Shown piece after piece: positions 34,354 to 46,791 of a DNA stretch of 64,000 bases. The first letter of the stretch is position 1, and each line of letters begins with the position of its first letter. The position numbers were made by a program, and so were the translations under genes. The stretch is from Hyaloraphidium curvatum SAG 235-1. Taxonomy: Eukaryota > Fungi > Monoblepharomycota. The notes below the pieces were generated by a model. That model ran no database searches. It was given only the letters and a program-made list of their open reading frames with translations, and was not told the origin of the DNA. Location of the stretch: assembly GCA_025558095.1 (NCBI GenBank), contig JAIVFI010000043.1:372001-436000 (forward strand), written 5' to 3'.

Positions 34354-35735
34354 ATGACCAGTAGCCTCCCTGCCGGTCTCGAGCAGCCCGCGCCCCTCCG
34401 CGAGGGCGAAGCCCCGCGCAACTGGGCCACCGTGTTGACCGGCACAAAGAAGATTGCAAAGGAGCCCCGCGCGTTCCCCGTGCGTCCGCCGCGGCCTCCT
34501 CTCGTTGAAATCGTTCTAAGATCGTTCCAGGATGATCCGCCGGAGGGATTCGTGCAGGTCAACATCAAGCGCTGCGGGATTTGGTGCGTGGCGCCGGGAG
34601 ACGCTGGGAGACACTCGTGACCTGACGGCGCGCGCAGCGGAAGCGACCTGCACGTTTGGGAGGGCGTTGACATGAATGCAAAGAAGTCCGGGTACCCTCT
34701 GCCCATGGGTGGGTGGCTCGGAAGGCGGTCCAGCGGCCCTTCGATTGAACTCCGCGCTCACCCAGTGATGGGCCACGAGGCCTCGGGGATCGTCACCAAG
34801 CTCGGCCCCAAGGTGGACACCCTCAAGGTCGGGCAGGCCGTCGCGGTGATGCCGTGGACCTACTTCGGCCTCCTGGCCACGCACATAAACCACCCCGCCG
34901 CGCTCTGCTTGCCGCTCCCCGAGGGCGTGTCGCTGGAGGAGGGCGCCTACACGGAGCCGCTCGCTGTCGGGCTGAACGCGGCGCGGAGGGCCAAGGTGGA
35001 GGAGGGGAGCACGGTGCTGATCATCGGCTCGGGGAGCGTGGGGCTCGCGGCGCTCGCCTGCTCGCTGGCCATGGGCGCGAAGAAGGTGGTCGTGACGGAC
35101 CTGTCGGAGTCGAGGCTCGAGGCGGCGAGGAACTGCGGTGCCACGGCCACGGTCAACACCACGGGACTGGATCCGATGGAGGCGGCTTACAAGGTCGCCG
35201 AGGCGGTGACGGGGAAGCCGTACGTCAAGGGCGAGGCGCCGCTCGGGTTCGAGGTCGGCGTCATGGAGAACGTCGTGGACTGCGTCATCGACGCGGCCGG
35301 GTTCTCGTCCTCCGTCATGGTGGGTTGCCCTGGCGTTGCGCGCACTGGATGGGAAGCTCAACCCGACCGCCTCGGACCAGACCGCCGTCTACGCCGTCAA
35401 GCCCGGCGGCTCCATCTCCATCGTCGGCCTCGGCTCCAGCCTCCCCACCGTGCCCATCCTCTCCGCCACCATCAAGGAGGCCAACATCTACGGCGCCTTC
35501 GGGTACGGGGCCACTGGCTACGCGGACGCCCTGAAGATGATCGGGGAGAGGAAGGTTGACGTGTCGAAGCTGGTGAGCCACAGGTTGCCGATGGACAAGG
35601 TGCAGTACGGATACGAGATTTGTCACGGGACCAAGGACGGGGCGGTCAAGGTGGGTCGCCGTGGACGCGCGTTTGGGGTGCATGTGGACTAATGGAGGCC
35701 GTCATTAGGTCATCTTCTCGACGGACGAGGAGTAG
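34354..35735 (+). CDS. Zn-dependent polyol (sorbitol/xylitol-type) dehydrogenase, multi-exon
   Basis: Spliced GICGSDLH, MGHEASG, TEPLAVG, GSGSVG, TDLSESRL, LVSHRLP, AVKVIF. Confidence 0.85.
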
Positions 35736-35917
35736 CTTGACAAGGCAAACCTTGAGACAGAACATGAATCGTGTTAGCCAGTCGCCCTTACATAGAGCCC
35801 GAAAGGCAGTTTCAATCAACGAGTATCAATACCCAAGACTTGTCTCCGACGCGAGCAAACCGCCCGGCCGAGCAACAGCACGTTCCCCTGCAGCACGAGC
35901 TCGGGAGAGTCCCGCTT

Positions 35918-36552
35918 TCAGGCGGTGCCGCCCTTCCCGTTCTGAAACGTCGGCGCAAGCCCCCCACCCGCCAGGCCGGCGGCCATCTTGTTGTCCATGA
36001 TGATCTTTACGGGTGAGTTTTGGTTGTAGCGCACTTCTACCCACACCCTGGACGGAGGCAGGTCAGCGACAGGCGGGCAGGTCAGCGACAGGCGGGCCAG
36101 CAAGGCGGCCGATCTCACTTCTCGACGACGCTCGGTTCCCTCGCCGCCTTTTCCCGGGCCCGCTCGGCCAGGACGTGCCCCGGAAGGTCCACCCTGCCGT
36201 TCCGCACCCCAGTCTTGATCCTAGCCGTGTCTCCGTGCCTCCTCGGCTTGAGCAGCGCCTGCACCGACGCCGCCACCGACTCGGCCAGCGACCTCGCGTC
36301 GTCGTCCCCGCCCTTCCACAGCGAGCGCCGGATCTTCTCGGCGAGCGTGCGCTCAATGTCCCCGTCCGATGCCGCGGCGAGCTCCGGCCGCAGCGTGCCC
36401 TCCCCGCGTGCCACTGCCCGCAGGCCGGAATCGACAACAATGTGCGCGTAGTCGTCGACAAAGTCGTCCACCGTCTCGGCGCGGGCCTGCGGGGGCGCGC
36501 CCAGCACGCCGTGCGACACCTCGCGGCGGTTGGAGGAGTGGGAGCCGGCCAT
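35918..36552 (-). CDS. Small hypothetical protein, paralog of 46933-47509
   Basis: Two exons; AETVDDFVDDY, LAERAREKA, KVWVEVRYNQNSPVKIIMDNK..APTFQ. Confidence 0.75.
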
Positions 36553-37228
36553 CGTGTCGGGAGACGGGGGTGGGTGCAAGGGCAGCGGCGGTGCGGCGTG
36601 CTCGTTTGACGCGGAGTAACCAACTCCCGAACCCTTCGATGAGGCGACAGGCACCGATGCACGGGCACAGACCAATGGAATTCGATGCAGATTAACAGAT
36701 TCTGGTATACGATCGGGATTCGGGGTGGGATTCGCGCGGCTGCCTTAATAGGGCAATTGCAGGACGCCCCGAGCTCCCGCACTGGATTCGATCGAAGCCA
36801 ACGGATAGGACCAACTAGGCATTTCGTTGGCGATGAACTAACAGCACATTAGTTTACGATCCTGAGTCCGATCGGGGTCTCTTGCGCGCCTTGTCGCCGT
36901 CAAGAGCAGTCGATACCGCGCGCCCAATCACCGCGCACCCTGCCCTAGCCAGTCGTATAGACTGCGGACGCTACCGCTCACTTCAAGGAGAAGTTGATGT
37001 TCATTCTCTCTGTCATCCATCCCAACTCGACAAAACCAGTTGCCTTTCTTGCCAAACATCTTCTCAGCAACGCAGCTGCAGATCGAACGTGCTCTTCAGG
37101 TGCGCGCCACCATCTACTCGGAGGGCGACGGCGGTGACCGAGTAAGATAAGACCGGCAAGGAATTCAGTCAGTCAGACATGGGCTGGTGGGGTTCCGCCC
37201 CGACGAAAAAGCACCCTCTCTCTCCCGA

Positions 37229-39499
37229 ATGGCCCTCGCGCGCGCCGTGCTGCATTCGCCTCTGCTTTTCGGCGTGGCCGTTCTGCTGGCAGCAGCCGTC
37301 CCGGCCGCGCGGGCGGCGTCGGTGGTCGAGGTCTCGTGCGGGCAGGAACACGCGCTCGCCCTGCTGGACAACGGGACCGCGCTCGCCTTCGGCGCCAACT
37401 ACGACACGCAGCTCGACGCGGGCAGGTCGCTGGACGGCGTCAGGCATGTCGCTGCTGGGGCGAACCACTCGATGGTGCTCTTCTCAACCGGCAAGGTGCA
37501 CGTGTGGGGCTACAACTTCGACGGCCAGACCATGATCCCGGCGGCGGTGCAGAGCGGCATCGTCAAGATCATCGCGACGGGCTACGGACACAATCTGGCG
37601 GTCACGACGGACGGCAATCTACACTGCTGGGGTTGGCAATCTAACGGCCAATGCACTTTCAACACCACGGGAAGCGACTTTCCACGGTGGGCGTACAATG
37701 TGCAAGACGTCGCCGGCGGGTCGCAATTCACCGTCGTGCGCATGCCGGAAAACAAGGTCAAGGCATGGGGCCTGCTTCCCGCGCCGGTGCCGGACAAAAT
37801 CATCGCCAAACCTGATGTGCTCAATGGCGACGTGGTGGCCATCGCCGCCGGCTACACGCACAGCCTGGCGTGGCTCAACGACGGGTCGATCGTGTCGTGG
37901 GGCGATCCAAAGGTGACCGACCTGAACGTGCCGGCGGACCTGGCGGTGCCCAACTCCAAGGTTATCTCGATTGGGGCCCGCGCGACCTCCTCGTGGGCGG
38001 TGCTCAAGGACGGCACTTTGCGGGTGTGGGGCGCGCTTTCCAATGTTCCGCCGGGGAAGTACACCGGTATGTGCGTCTCGGGACTCGGCTGGGCGCTGGG
38101 CATCACGGCCGAGGGCAAGCTCATGCCGTGGGGCGACCCGAACGCCAAGGTGCCACAGAGGATCCCTCGGGAGCTTGATGCCCGTTACGTCGCGCCGACA
38201 CCCACGCCGACCGTGGTAGATGGGGACAGCGGCGGCCCGCCGATCGGCGCGATCGTCGGCGGCGTGGTGGGGGGCCTCGTTACCCTCCTTGTGGCCGCCG
38301 GACTGGCCTACTACCTGGCCCGTCGGAACCGCACCAAGTCTTCAGCGGCGGCTGAACCAGGGGTAGATTACCCGATTAGCAACGGCGACGGAAAGCCCGA
38401 GGTTGCCACGCGTGAGTCCTTCATTTGCGATCACGGATTGGTGGATCGCTGACCTTGCCTTCCCCAGCTGTTTCGGCGGCTTCCGACGCCACAGCATACG
38501 AGACCATGGCCATGAACACGCTGGTCAAGCCGCCGTCCAAGGCGCCGGTGTCCAACGGCCCTCCGTCCAACGGACCCTCGACCCTCGCCGTTCCCACCGC
38601 CGGATCCAACGCATCCAACAATACGCCGAAGTCGCCCATGTCGCCGCGCCTGCGCATCGATCCCAAGGACCTGAACATCGACTACGGCGCCAAGCTCGGC
38701 GACGGCGGGTTCGGCGAGGTGTTTGCGGGGAAGCTGTTCATCACGACGCCGGTGGCGGTCAAGATCATGCGGGCGCGTGTGGACGACGCGACGCTCAGGG
38801 CGTTCGAGAGGGAGGTCACCACTTGGGAGAGCATGATCCACCCCAACGGTGAGCCGTGCTCGCGCTCTTTCGGCACCAGGCTCTCACGTTCCGATCGTGC
38901 CGCGCACAGTCATGCCTCTCATGGCCTACACCGTGTCCCCCCCGATGCTCATTTCTCCGCTCGCGGTCCAAGGCAACCTCCGGAAATACCTCGCCGCCCT
39001 CAACTGGCCGCAGCCCGACGGCATCCGCCTCCTGCACGGCGTTGCCCTCGGCATGTCCTTCCTGCACGCCCGCGGCGTCTTGCACGGGGACCTCAAGTCC
39101 CTCAACGTGCTCGTTGACGCCGGCGTGGCCAGGATCACCGATTTCGGGCTGGCGAGGTTCGCCTCGTGGGCGACGACGTCGGATGCGGGGCTGCGCGGGA
39201 CGCCGGCATTCATGTCCCCCGAATCGTTCGACAACGACCCGCCGAGGCCCCCGGCGGACGTGTACGCGTTCGGCATGGTGTGCTACGAGGTCGTGTCGCG
39301 GGGGAGGCACCCGTTCGAGGAGGCGGGGTCGCTGCCGGTGCTGATGAGGATGGTGCTGGAGGGGCAGAGGCCTGCAAGGCCCGCGGGGGTGCCGGATAGG
39401 CTGTGGAGGCTGATGCAGAGGTGCTGGGTCGAGAAGCCGGAGGATAGGCCGTCGTTCGTGGAGATCGTGGGGGAGCTGGGGACGATCATTGGAGTTTGA
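37229..39499 (+). CDS. Receptor-like kinase: signal peptide, RCC1/BLIP-II propeller, TM helix, TKL kinase
   Basis: Repeats (S/A)xGxxHxxxLxxDGxxxxWG; TM IGAIVGGVVGGLVTLLVAAGLAYYL followed by ARRNR; GDGGFG, VAVK, HGDLKSLN, DFG, SPE; introns ~38412-38467 and ~38849-38909. Confidence 0.9.
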
Positions 39500-39866
39500 C
39501 GGTACCCAGGAGCTGAAAGATTCTAGCTCGATTGCTCGGCATGGAAATAGAAACATCCCCGATGAGAGGAACTTCCATTAGTGTCGGGGCGCTCCAGAGG
39601 GGGATTCGCGCTACGGGTCGTAGCGTCGCCCCGGGCTGCAACGCGGTTGATTCCAACGAAGCCAACAAATGGGATTCATCTGGCACTATATTGGCGACGA
39701 ACTTGCAAACCATGAAGCAGCGATCCTGACTTCATCGTGGTCGGAGCGGATGGGGACCGAGACAAGCCATGCACCGAGCTTCCATTGGACGCGTCGTCGG
39801 GGAGACAGCACCAACACCTCTCGCCCTCCCGAGCGGCTCCTCCCGCGGTGCATCATCGCCGGCTCC

Positions 39867-41342
39867 ATGGCCCCCGCGCCGGACGCGCCGCTCACCTTCT
39901 CGCCGCGGGAATGGCTGGCCCTGTTCCCCGCGGCTCCCCCGAGGAATACGGGCGCGTGTGCCGTGCCGGGCGCCCCGCCGGCGGACCCGGCCGGGGCGCT
40001 GCGTGCTTCGGAGCCGCTGACGCGCGAGGCGCTGCTGGCGGCACTCTCGCCGTCGCCGCTGCTGGCGGGGATGACGCGCGCGCAGCTCTCCCTGGCGCGA
40101 TGGGCCGTCCAACGGATTCGCCTGCGGTACTACCTGCTCACGCTGTCGGGCGCCATGCTCCTCGCTGTTGTGTGGCCGGCCAACGCGGCGCTGGGCAGGT
40201 TCACGCCCGGCCAGCTCGGCGTCGGCACCGCTGTTGTTCTTACCAATACGAGCGTGTCCCTCGTGAGCCTGCTTTTCATTTTCCGGGGTATTGGCGCCCG
40301 GTTCGCCTCCCCTGTGGACCTTTCGACGCACCCGCTGGCCGTCTTTGCGCGCTGGGCGCAGCTGTGCTCCGCTGGGGATCCCGGGGGCACGCTCTCCCCG
40401 CTTGTGGCCCACGCAGCTGAAGACTCGCTGTGCCCGTGCTCAGATTGCTCCAGGGACTTGCTCGCCCGTGCGGGCGCGCTGCGTGTCGCCGAGTTCGTGG
40501 CCCGCTTTTCCGCAGCCGCATTCTGGCACTTCGTGTTCCACGCGTGGATGCCTGCCATAACCCTGGGCGCCTACACCTGGGCGACGCCGTGGGCCGCCGT
40601 CCTCTGCTGCATTTACTTTGCAATCAGTGTCGAGTTCCACGTGACCATGCTGGTCGCCGCGTCGCCCTCCAACATCGCCGCGCTTCAGCTCTCTCTGCGT
40701 CTGCACAACCGAGCCGCGGGGCTTGCGCTGAGTGACATGCTGGGCAGGTACGACCGGCTGCTCCTGGACGCCGCCAGCATCCCGGGTGACCCACGGGCGC
40801 CGGCTTCGGAGCCATACGCCCTGCTGCACGACGGCATCGCGGGCACGTGGCGACGCCGGATCAGCTCCCTCAACTCGGGCGCGACGGTCGTCTTCGCCTT
40901 CGGCATCATTATCGCCGGCACTTTCGTTGTAGGCCTCGCCTCGGGCAACTGCGTCCTCGGCCCCACCCTCTTCCTCCTCCTCTACACCGTCCTCCTGATC
41001 GCAATGGACCTCGCCAACTTCGCCGCCGCCAACTCGCACCCCTCCGCCATCGTCGCGCTCTACGCATCCGCGCGCACCTCCCTCCTCCGCATGGGCTGCG
41101 CCGCCGCCGCCTCGGCCGCCCCCCCACCCGCGCACGCGAGGGAGCTCGCGGCGGCGCAGGACAGGCTGCTGGGCGCATACGTCGCCACCGCGCCGTCCTT
41201 CTTCGCGTCGTTCATGGGGTTCCGGGTCAGCGCGGCGGTGTTGCGCAACGCGGCGGCGACGGCGTTCACGCTGGGGGTCGGGCTGTGGAGCGTGCTCAAG
41301 GGGGCCGGGGTGGGGTTCACGATGAACACGACGTGCGGGTGA
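39867..41342 (+). CDS. Multi-pass (~7 TM) membrane protein, candidate 7TM ion-channel (Gr/DUF3537-like) fold
   Basis: About 7 hydrophobic segments; C-terminal DRLLGAYV..SFMGFRVS..LRN..TLGVGLWSVLKG; intronless. Confidence 0.75.
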   Translation: MAPAPDAPLTFSPREWLALFPAAPPRNTGACAVPGAPPADPAGALRASEPLTREALLAALSPSPLLAGMTRAQLSLARWAVQRIRLRYYLLTLSGAMLLAVVWPANAALGRFTPGQLGVGTAVVLTNTSVSLVSLLFIFRGIGARFASPVDLSTHPLAVFARWAQLCSAGDPGGTLSPLVAHAAEDSLCPCSDCSRDLLARAGALRVAEFVARFSAAAFWHFVFHAWMPAITLGAYTWATPWAAVLCCIYFAISVEFHVTMLVAASPSNIAALQLSLRLHNRAAGLALSDMLGRYDRLLLDAASIPGDPRAPASEPYALLHDGIAGTWRRRISSLNSGATVVFAFGIIIAGTFVVGLASGNCVLGPTLFLLLYTVLLIAMDLANFAAANSHPSAIVALYASARTSLLRMGCAAAASAAPPPAHARELAAAQDRLLGAYVATAPSFFASFMGFRVSAAVLRNAAATAFTLGVGLWSVLKGAGVGFTMNTTCG

Positions 41343-41459
41343 CTTGGTCCGCCCTAATGACATGTGTATTGACGTCAACGCATTGCACAACGAGCAACAA
41401 CGGTTCCAACTGCGGTCTTCCAAAGGACCAGCCTCCAAGCCATGCACCGCTCCGCCCAC

Positions 41460-42874
41460 TCACGAGTCCGAGACGGAGCTGATGACCCCGCCGGAGCACG
41501 AGAAGGACGACACCTGGGTGCTGCTCCCCGCGCCCGCGAACGCCGGGTTGGACCACTGCGGCGCAAAAGTCAGCCCCGTCCTCCCGCGCATCGGCGGGCG
41601 ACCCACCCCAAAGTACACCCATCCGTTGAACTGCTGGTTGTTGCACGTGACATACAGCCTGAGCAGCCTCCCCCTCAGCGATGCCTGGAACCACGTCGGG
41701 GCGTGCGTCGAGCCCTGCGCCTCGGTGTTGCAGTTGCGCCGCTGCAGCACGTCCACGCCCTGCCGCGTGGCGTAAAAGTTCATCTCCGGTGCCTGCGACG
41801 AGTACTGAGAGGGCTGGCCCGCGGGGACGGTGTACAGGGAGGTGATCGGGGAGCTGGCGAACTGGTTGGTGTTGTTGTTCCAGATCTGGAACATGCCGTT
41901 GGAGTTGCAGGCCTGCCAGTTGTTGCCCGGGCTCATGGCGGTGCCGTTGGCAAAGGCAAGGTTGGCGATCGGGGTGTCGCAGCCGGTGCCGGAGAGGAAG
42001 GGGATGACGCGGGAGGGGGACGAGCCGGTCGGGACGGCGACGAAGCTCGGGCATTCGCGGCCGATAAGGGCCTGCCGGATGGGATCGGAGGCGGGGGCCG
42101 CGGCGGTCGTGGTGGTGGGGACGGGGGTCGTCGTGGTACGGGCCGCCGTGGTCGTGGAAGGTGCCGCCGTCGATGTGCGCACATCCGGGGACGGGAGCGG
42201 CGGGGGCGGAGGGGGCGAAGGTGGGGATGGCGGCGGCGGGGCGACCCCGGCAGGGAGGCAGCGGCACTGGAATGGCGACGGCTGGTCAGCTTTCGAGCTG
42301 CCTATGGAGGCAATCGGTGTCTCACGTTGCCGGACGAGTAATCCGGGTAGAACCCGCCGACCTGGCGCCGCAGCAGCACGTGGCGCTTGCTTCCCGCGTC
42401 GCCGTGCGGCTCGACCTCGACGTAGTACCGCGAAGTGCCGCCCTCCTGGTCGGCGAACACGCCGTGCTCGTCGGCGCCGGCGGGGGAGACGGAGATGTCG
42501 GGCAGCGCGGACCACGCGTTGCGGTAGTCGACGCAGAAGCGCACGCCGTCTGCGGTCTCGCCGGGCGCCAGGCTGCGGGTGCCCTCCACCAAAATGGAGG
42601 CGCCCTCTGCGGAGAAGGCGGCCCCGGAGGAGGACGAGAGGGCGGCGCCGTCCAGCTTGAGGCTGCCGCGCCACACGCCGGCGACCATCCCGGCGGGGTT
42701 CGTCACGCGCAGCTCGGCGCACTGCCGCCACCGCGAGCCCGGCGCCGGCGTCGGCCCGGAGGTCTTGACGATCTCCACCGCGGCCGGCCAGCTCGGCGAC
42801 GCCGCGCCGGCATCGCCCGCCGCCGCGGCACACAGCAGGGCGAGCAGCGCCGCGCACGATGTGCGCTGCGGCAT
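41460..42874 (-). CDS. Secreted protein: possible CBM2-like N-domain, Pro/Thr linker, unnamed Cys-containing C-domain
   Basis: Signal peptide; CAELRVTN..W..LAPGET..FC; intron 42267-42325; C-domain homologous to ~59330-59892. Confidence 0.75.
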
Positions 42875-43989
42875 CGTTGCGATGTGAGAAATCGCTGCTA
42901 GGGACCCGAACTTGGGTTGGTCGCCCGTTGCACGTTGAATCCCTGGCCTGGATCGGCCGTCGAAGGGACCGCCCTGACGAACACCTTCTACGGACACGCG
43001 AGATACGGAAAAACCGAGTCAGCGGGCGCGCCACCGTCGTCAGACCCGGCGCGTCAATGTTTTGGACCCCGATTGCACTGCTCTGCGGACGGGCGCGGCC
43101 CGGGAACGCCTCCCGATCGGTCCGCCTCCTCTATCCCATCGCACCCTTCTCCGGGCCAATCCAAGGTTCGGCGCGATCATTCCGGCCGGGAACTCCGATT
43201 CTCCGATATCTCCCACCACTTTCGATCGCAGGCCGAGCACCACAGCCTTCTGCGGGCCCAGCGACCGCTCGGATCCAGCGTTTCCGCAGTCCCTGCTCCA
43301 GCCGGGAGGGTCCGAAGACGGACAACCGCCCGGGGGAAAGCCCATGCGGCCGGAACGGGAGACGGGTTTCGTGCCACGGGACCGCGGACGGCCGAAGCGC
43401 AACTCGCTTTTCGAGCGTTTCTCGCGCGGGATGGAGCGTTCCGGAGGTTGCTGGGACCGGTTGGGCACGGCTGTCTTGGTTTCAGACAACCGGTCCGGGG
43501 TGGCTCCGGGTCGAGCAGCAGGGGTCGTTTCGCATCTGAATCATTGTCGGCTTCCCTGCCGGGTACCTTCGAAGCCTGCAAGGAGTCGCGCTTGTAACCA
43601 TAGTCCTTATGCCCATAGTCCTTATGCCGCGTCCACCCACTCGGCCGGAGATTCGGACTGCGCCTGCCAGGCGGCGGCGCAGTGCGGGCCTTCCGGGTCA
43701 ATCGGGGGGATCCTGCCCTGTTTCTGCACCTTAGACGCGGGGCGGCCTTTCTAGCGAAGGTCGGGGTCGCGCTTCCCCAGCGTGTCTCCGCAGAGTCTGA
43801 CGAGATCCAATCCAGCAACGTGCCGGACGGTAGGGCTCCGGCGACGTCCACGCCGAGGCCCTTGATCGAGGAAGTCATAAGGTGCTGTCTTTGATCGTGA
43901 GCGATAGAGATCTGATCCGTTGAAGCACGACGACTGGACCCTTCCAGACGGACCCTGACATCCCGAACTCACACTCTTCCCGCCAGAGG

Positions 43990-44922
43990 ATGAGCCTGCA
44001 CGAGGAGAACCCGCTGCCCAGCTGGCGGGACGGCCCGCGCCGCCGCGCCCTGCTCGACTTTGTGGCGGCCGTGACGGCTGAGGGCGGCCCGGAGTTCGTG
44101 CCGCCGGCCGGGCGCATCGCCGTCTTTGACAACGACGGCACGCTGTGGGTCGAGCAGCCATACTACGTGCAGCTCGCCTTCATCCTGGACCGCATCCGCG
44201 CGCTCGCCCCCGCGAATCCGGGCTGGCGGGAGGACGCCGTGTTCCGCGCCGCCGTCGCGGGGGACAAAGCCGCGCTCGCCGCCGCCGGCACGGCCGGGCT
44301 GCTGAAGCTGGCCGGCGCCGCCATGGCCGGCATGTCGCCCGAAGATTTCCAGGATCTCGCCGCGGGGTGGCTCGGCGAGGCGCGGAATGCTCGCTGGGGA
44401 CGCCCCCACACGGCCCTCGTCTACCAGCCGATGCTCGAGCTGCTCGCCCACCTGCGCGCCAGCGGCTTCACCTGCTTCATCGTTTCGGGCGGCGGCGTGG
44501 AATTTGTGCGCGCCTTTTCCGAGGAAACCTACGGCATCCCCCCGCACCGCGTGGTCGGCTCCAGCTTCGCGCTCACCCCGGGCGAGGCCGACGGCCGCAT
44601 CGCCCTCACCCGCGAGCCCAAGGTGGATTTCATCGACGACGGCCCCGGCAAGCCCGTCGGGATCGCCCGCCACATCGGCGCCCGCCCCATCGCCGCCTTC
44701 GGCAACTCGGACGGCGACTTTGAGATGCTGCGGTACGCGACCGAGGGCGGCGGCAGGCGACTGGGGATGATCGTGCGGCACGACGATGCGGAGCGGGAGT
44801 ACGCATACGACCGGCAGACCCACGTGGGACGGCTGGCGCGCGCGCTCGACGAGGCACCCGCGCGGGGCTGGGAGGTTGTCTCCATGCGCGAGGATTGGGT
44901 GCGGATATTCTCTGCCGATTGA
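43990..44922 (+). CDS. HAD-superfamily phosphatase (bacterial nonspecific acid phosphatase-like), intronless
   Basis: FDNDGTLWVEQP, VSGGG, GK, FGNSDGD, HDDAEREYAYD. Confidence 0.9.
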   Translation: MSLHEENPLPSWRDGPRRRALLDFVAAVTAEGGPEFVPPAGRIAVFDNDGTLWVEQPYYVQLAFILDRIRALAPANPGWREDAVFRAAVAGDKAALAAAGTAGLLKLAGAAMAGMSPEDFQDLAAGWLGEARNARWGRPHTALVYQPMLELLAHLRASGFTCFIVSGGGVEFVRAFSEETYGIPPHRVVGSSFALTPGEADGRIALTREPKVDFIDDGPGKPVGIARHIGARPIAAFGNSDGDFEMLRYATEGGGRRLGMIVRHDDAEREYAYDRQTHVGRLARALDEAPARGWEVVSMREDWVRIFSAD

Positions 44923-45528
44923 GAGCACAGACGGGGGGCTTCGCGGATGAAGGAGCTTCAGCAGCCCCGCGGGCAAATGGCGAACTCGCGGAATCAGGCC
45001 GGCCGAGATTTTAGGTGTTGGCCCGGGATGGAGCTCGACTGGCTCACTCCGTCTATTCTATTGTTGACAGGAATGATGAGTTGATGAGTACAAAGTCCGG
45101 CCGCCCCTAGTTTCCCCTGCGCCAGGTCCCTCTGACGTCACCCCGTACGGAACGTCCCGTCGTCATTGCGGGCGAAGGCCGGATCTGGAGGAAGGGGTTC
45201 CGAAAGACTTATACGACCCAGGGAGAGCGCTCCGCCGGCCCAGCTTCGCCTCGCTCGCCACACTTGGCGCTTGCGGGACTCACTCGATTCTGCCGTGGAC
45301 CCTTCGCGTCTCCGATCCCAACTTGGCGCGAAATCCCGGATTGGTTCCTGTCAAGATCCAAGTGTGACCGGGAGAGCCGGGGCGTAATTTTGCGCACGAT
45401 TGCACTGTCGCGGGAGGGACTCCGTGCCGCAGGGACTTGGGGCATGGGTCGCGCCGGAGGGCTGGTGGTTGAGCACGTCGGTGCGGAGAAACTTCGAAAC
45501 CGCCCCACTGTTTGGCCTCGTCAGCACA

Positions 45529-46791
45529 ATGAAGAGATCGGCCGGGCTCACGACCGCCGCCACTTTTGCCATCGCCGTAGCGCTCTTGCTGGCAACGCTG
45601 GTGCGGCCGGAGGCCGCCGCTGCGAGGTGAAATCCCGTCCCCTCCTTGGCACCGCCCCGGCGCTGAGGGACCTCGGCCAACCCCCTCGTATCGGCCCCTA
45701 GCCCCATTTCCTAGTAAGTTTCTCACGAGGAGCCGGCTCCGTGCTGGGAAGGCGAGCAGCCGGGCATCGACCACACGGTGTTCAGGCGCTCCTGCGGCGA
45801 ATGCGGGGAGGATGACTACTGGTGGGGACCCCCGCTATCCCTCTTGCGGTCCCGCTGACCCCCCTGCCGCTCGGCAACATCGACGTACCAAGGGGCATCT
45901 GCCTCGACTCGGCCGGGAACGTGTTCTTTACTCAGACCTCGAACTCGGCCGTGCGCAAGGTCAACATCGCCACGAACATCATAACCACCGTGGCGGGCAA
46001 TGGCACGTCGGGATACTCGGGCGACAATGGCCAGGCCACAGCGGAAAAGCTCAACAACCCCGTGGCCTGTGCCTTTGACGCCTCCGGCAATCTGCTGGTA
46101 GCCGATCAAAGCAATAACCGCGTGCGCAAGATCGACATGACCACTGGGGTGATCACCACTTTTGCTGGCAACGGGGGCACCGGCGTATCCGGAGACAACG
46201 GCGCACCGACGTCCGCAACGCTCGAGACCCCGTGGGGTATTGTCGTGGGCTCCGACGGCGCCGTCTACATCGCGCAGAACCTCCAGAAGACGATCCGCAA
46301 GGTGCACAACAACGTCATCACCACCGTCGCCACGTACGCAAGCTACTCAGCGACCTTCATGGCACGTTACGACGACAACAACCTGCTGGTTTCGACAGCT
46401 TCATCCGGACACAGGGTTCTCCTCCAGCCCGTCAGCGGCGCGACTGCATCCGTGTTCATCGGGGACGGCACGAACGCGAACACTGGTGACAACGGTGCCG
46501 CGACCTCAGCGCAGATCGCCGGCCCCCAGGGGCTGGCCAGGGACCCGGACGGAAACACCTTCATCGCATCCAACTTCGGCAGGATGGTCAGGGTCGTCTC
46601 GTCTAGCGGAACCGTCACCACTCTGGCTGGCAACGGGACGTCGGGGTACGGGGGCGACGGCCAGCCGGCTTCGAACACGATCACGACCTTTGGAAACTTG
46701 TGGGGCCTTGCATACGACTCCACGAGTGAGGCGCCTCTACATCGCGGACGCAAACTGGAGGATTCGGATGATCCAGTTCTCGTGGTCATGA
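45529..46791 (+). CDS. Secreted NHL-repeat beta-propeller protein; 5' exons uncertain, probable 3' frameshift
   Basis: Signal peptide at 45529; repeats ITTVAGNGTSGYSGDNGQA..LNNP..D..GNL.VAD; last blade (RRLYIADANWRIR) continues in another frame from ~46728. Confidence 0.65.

Noticed and set aside
43599-43629. 15-bp duplication CCATAGTCCTTATGC x2
   Set aside because: Isolated two-copy intergenic slippage with no supporting context
42900-43980. Overlapping ~230-aa ORFs
   Set aside because: No motifs or coding-like composition; treated as intergenic
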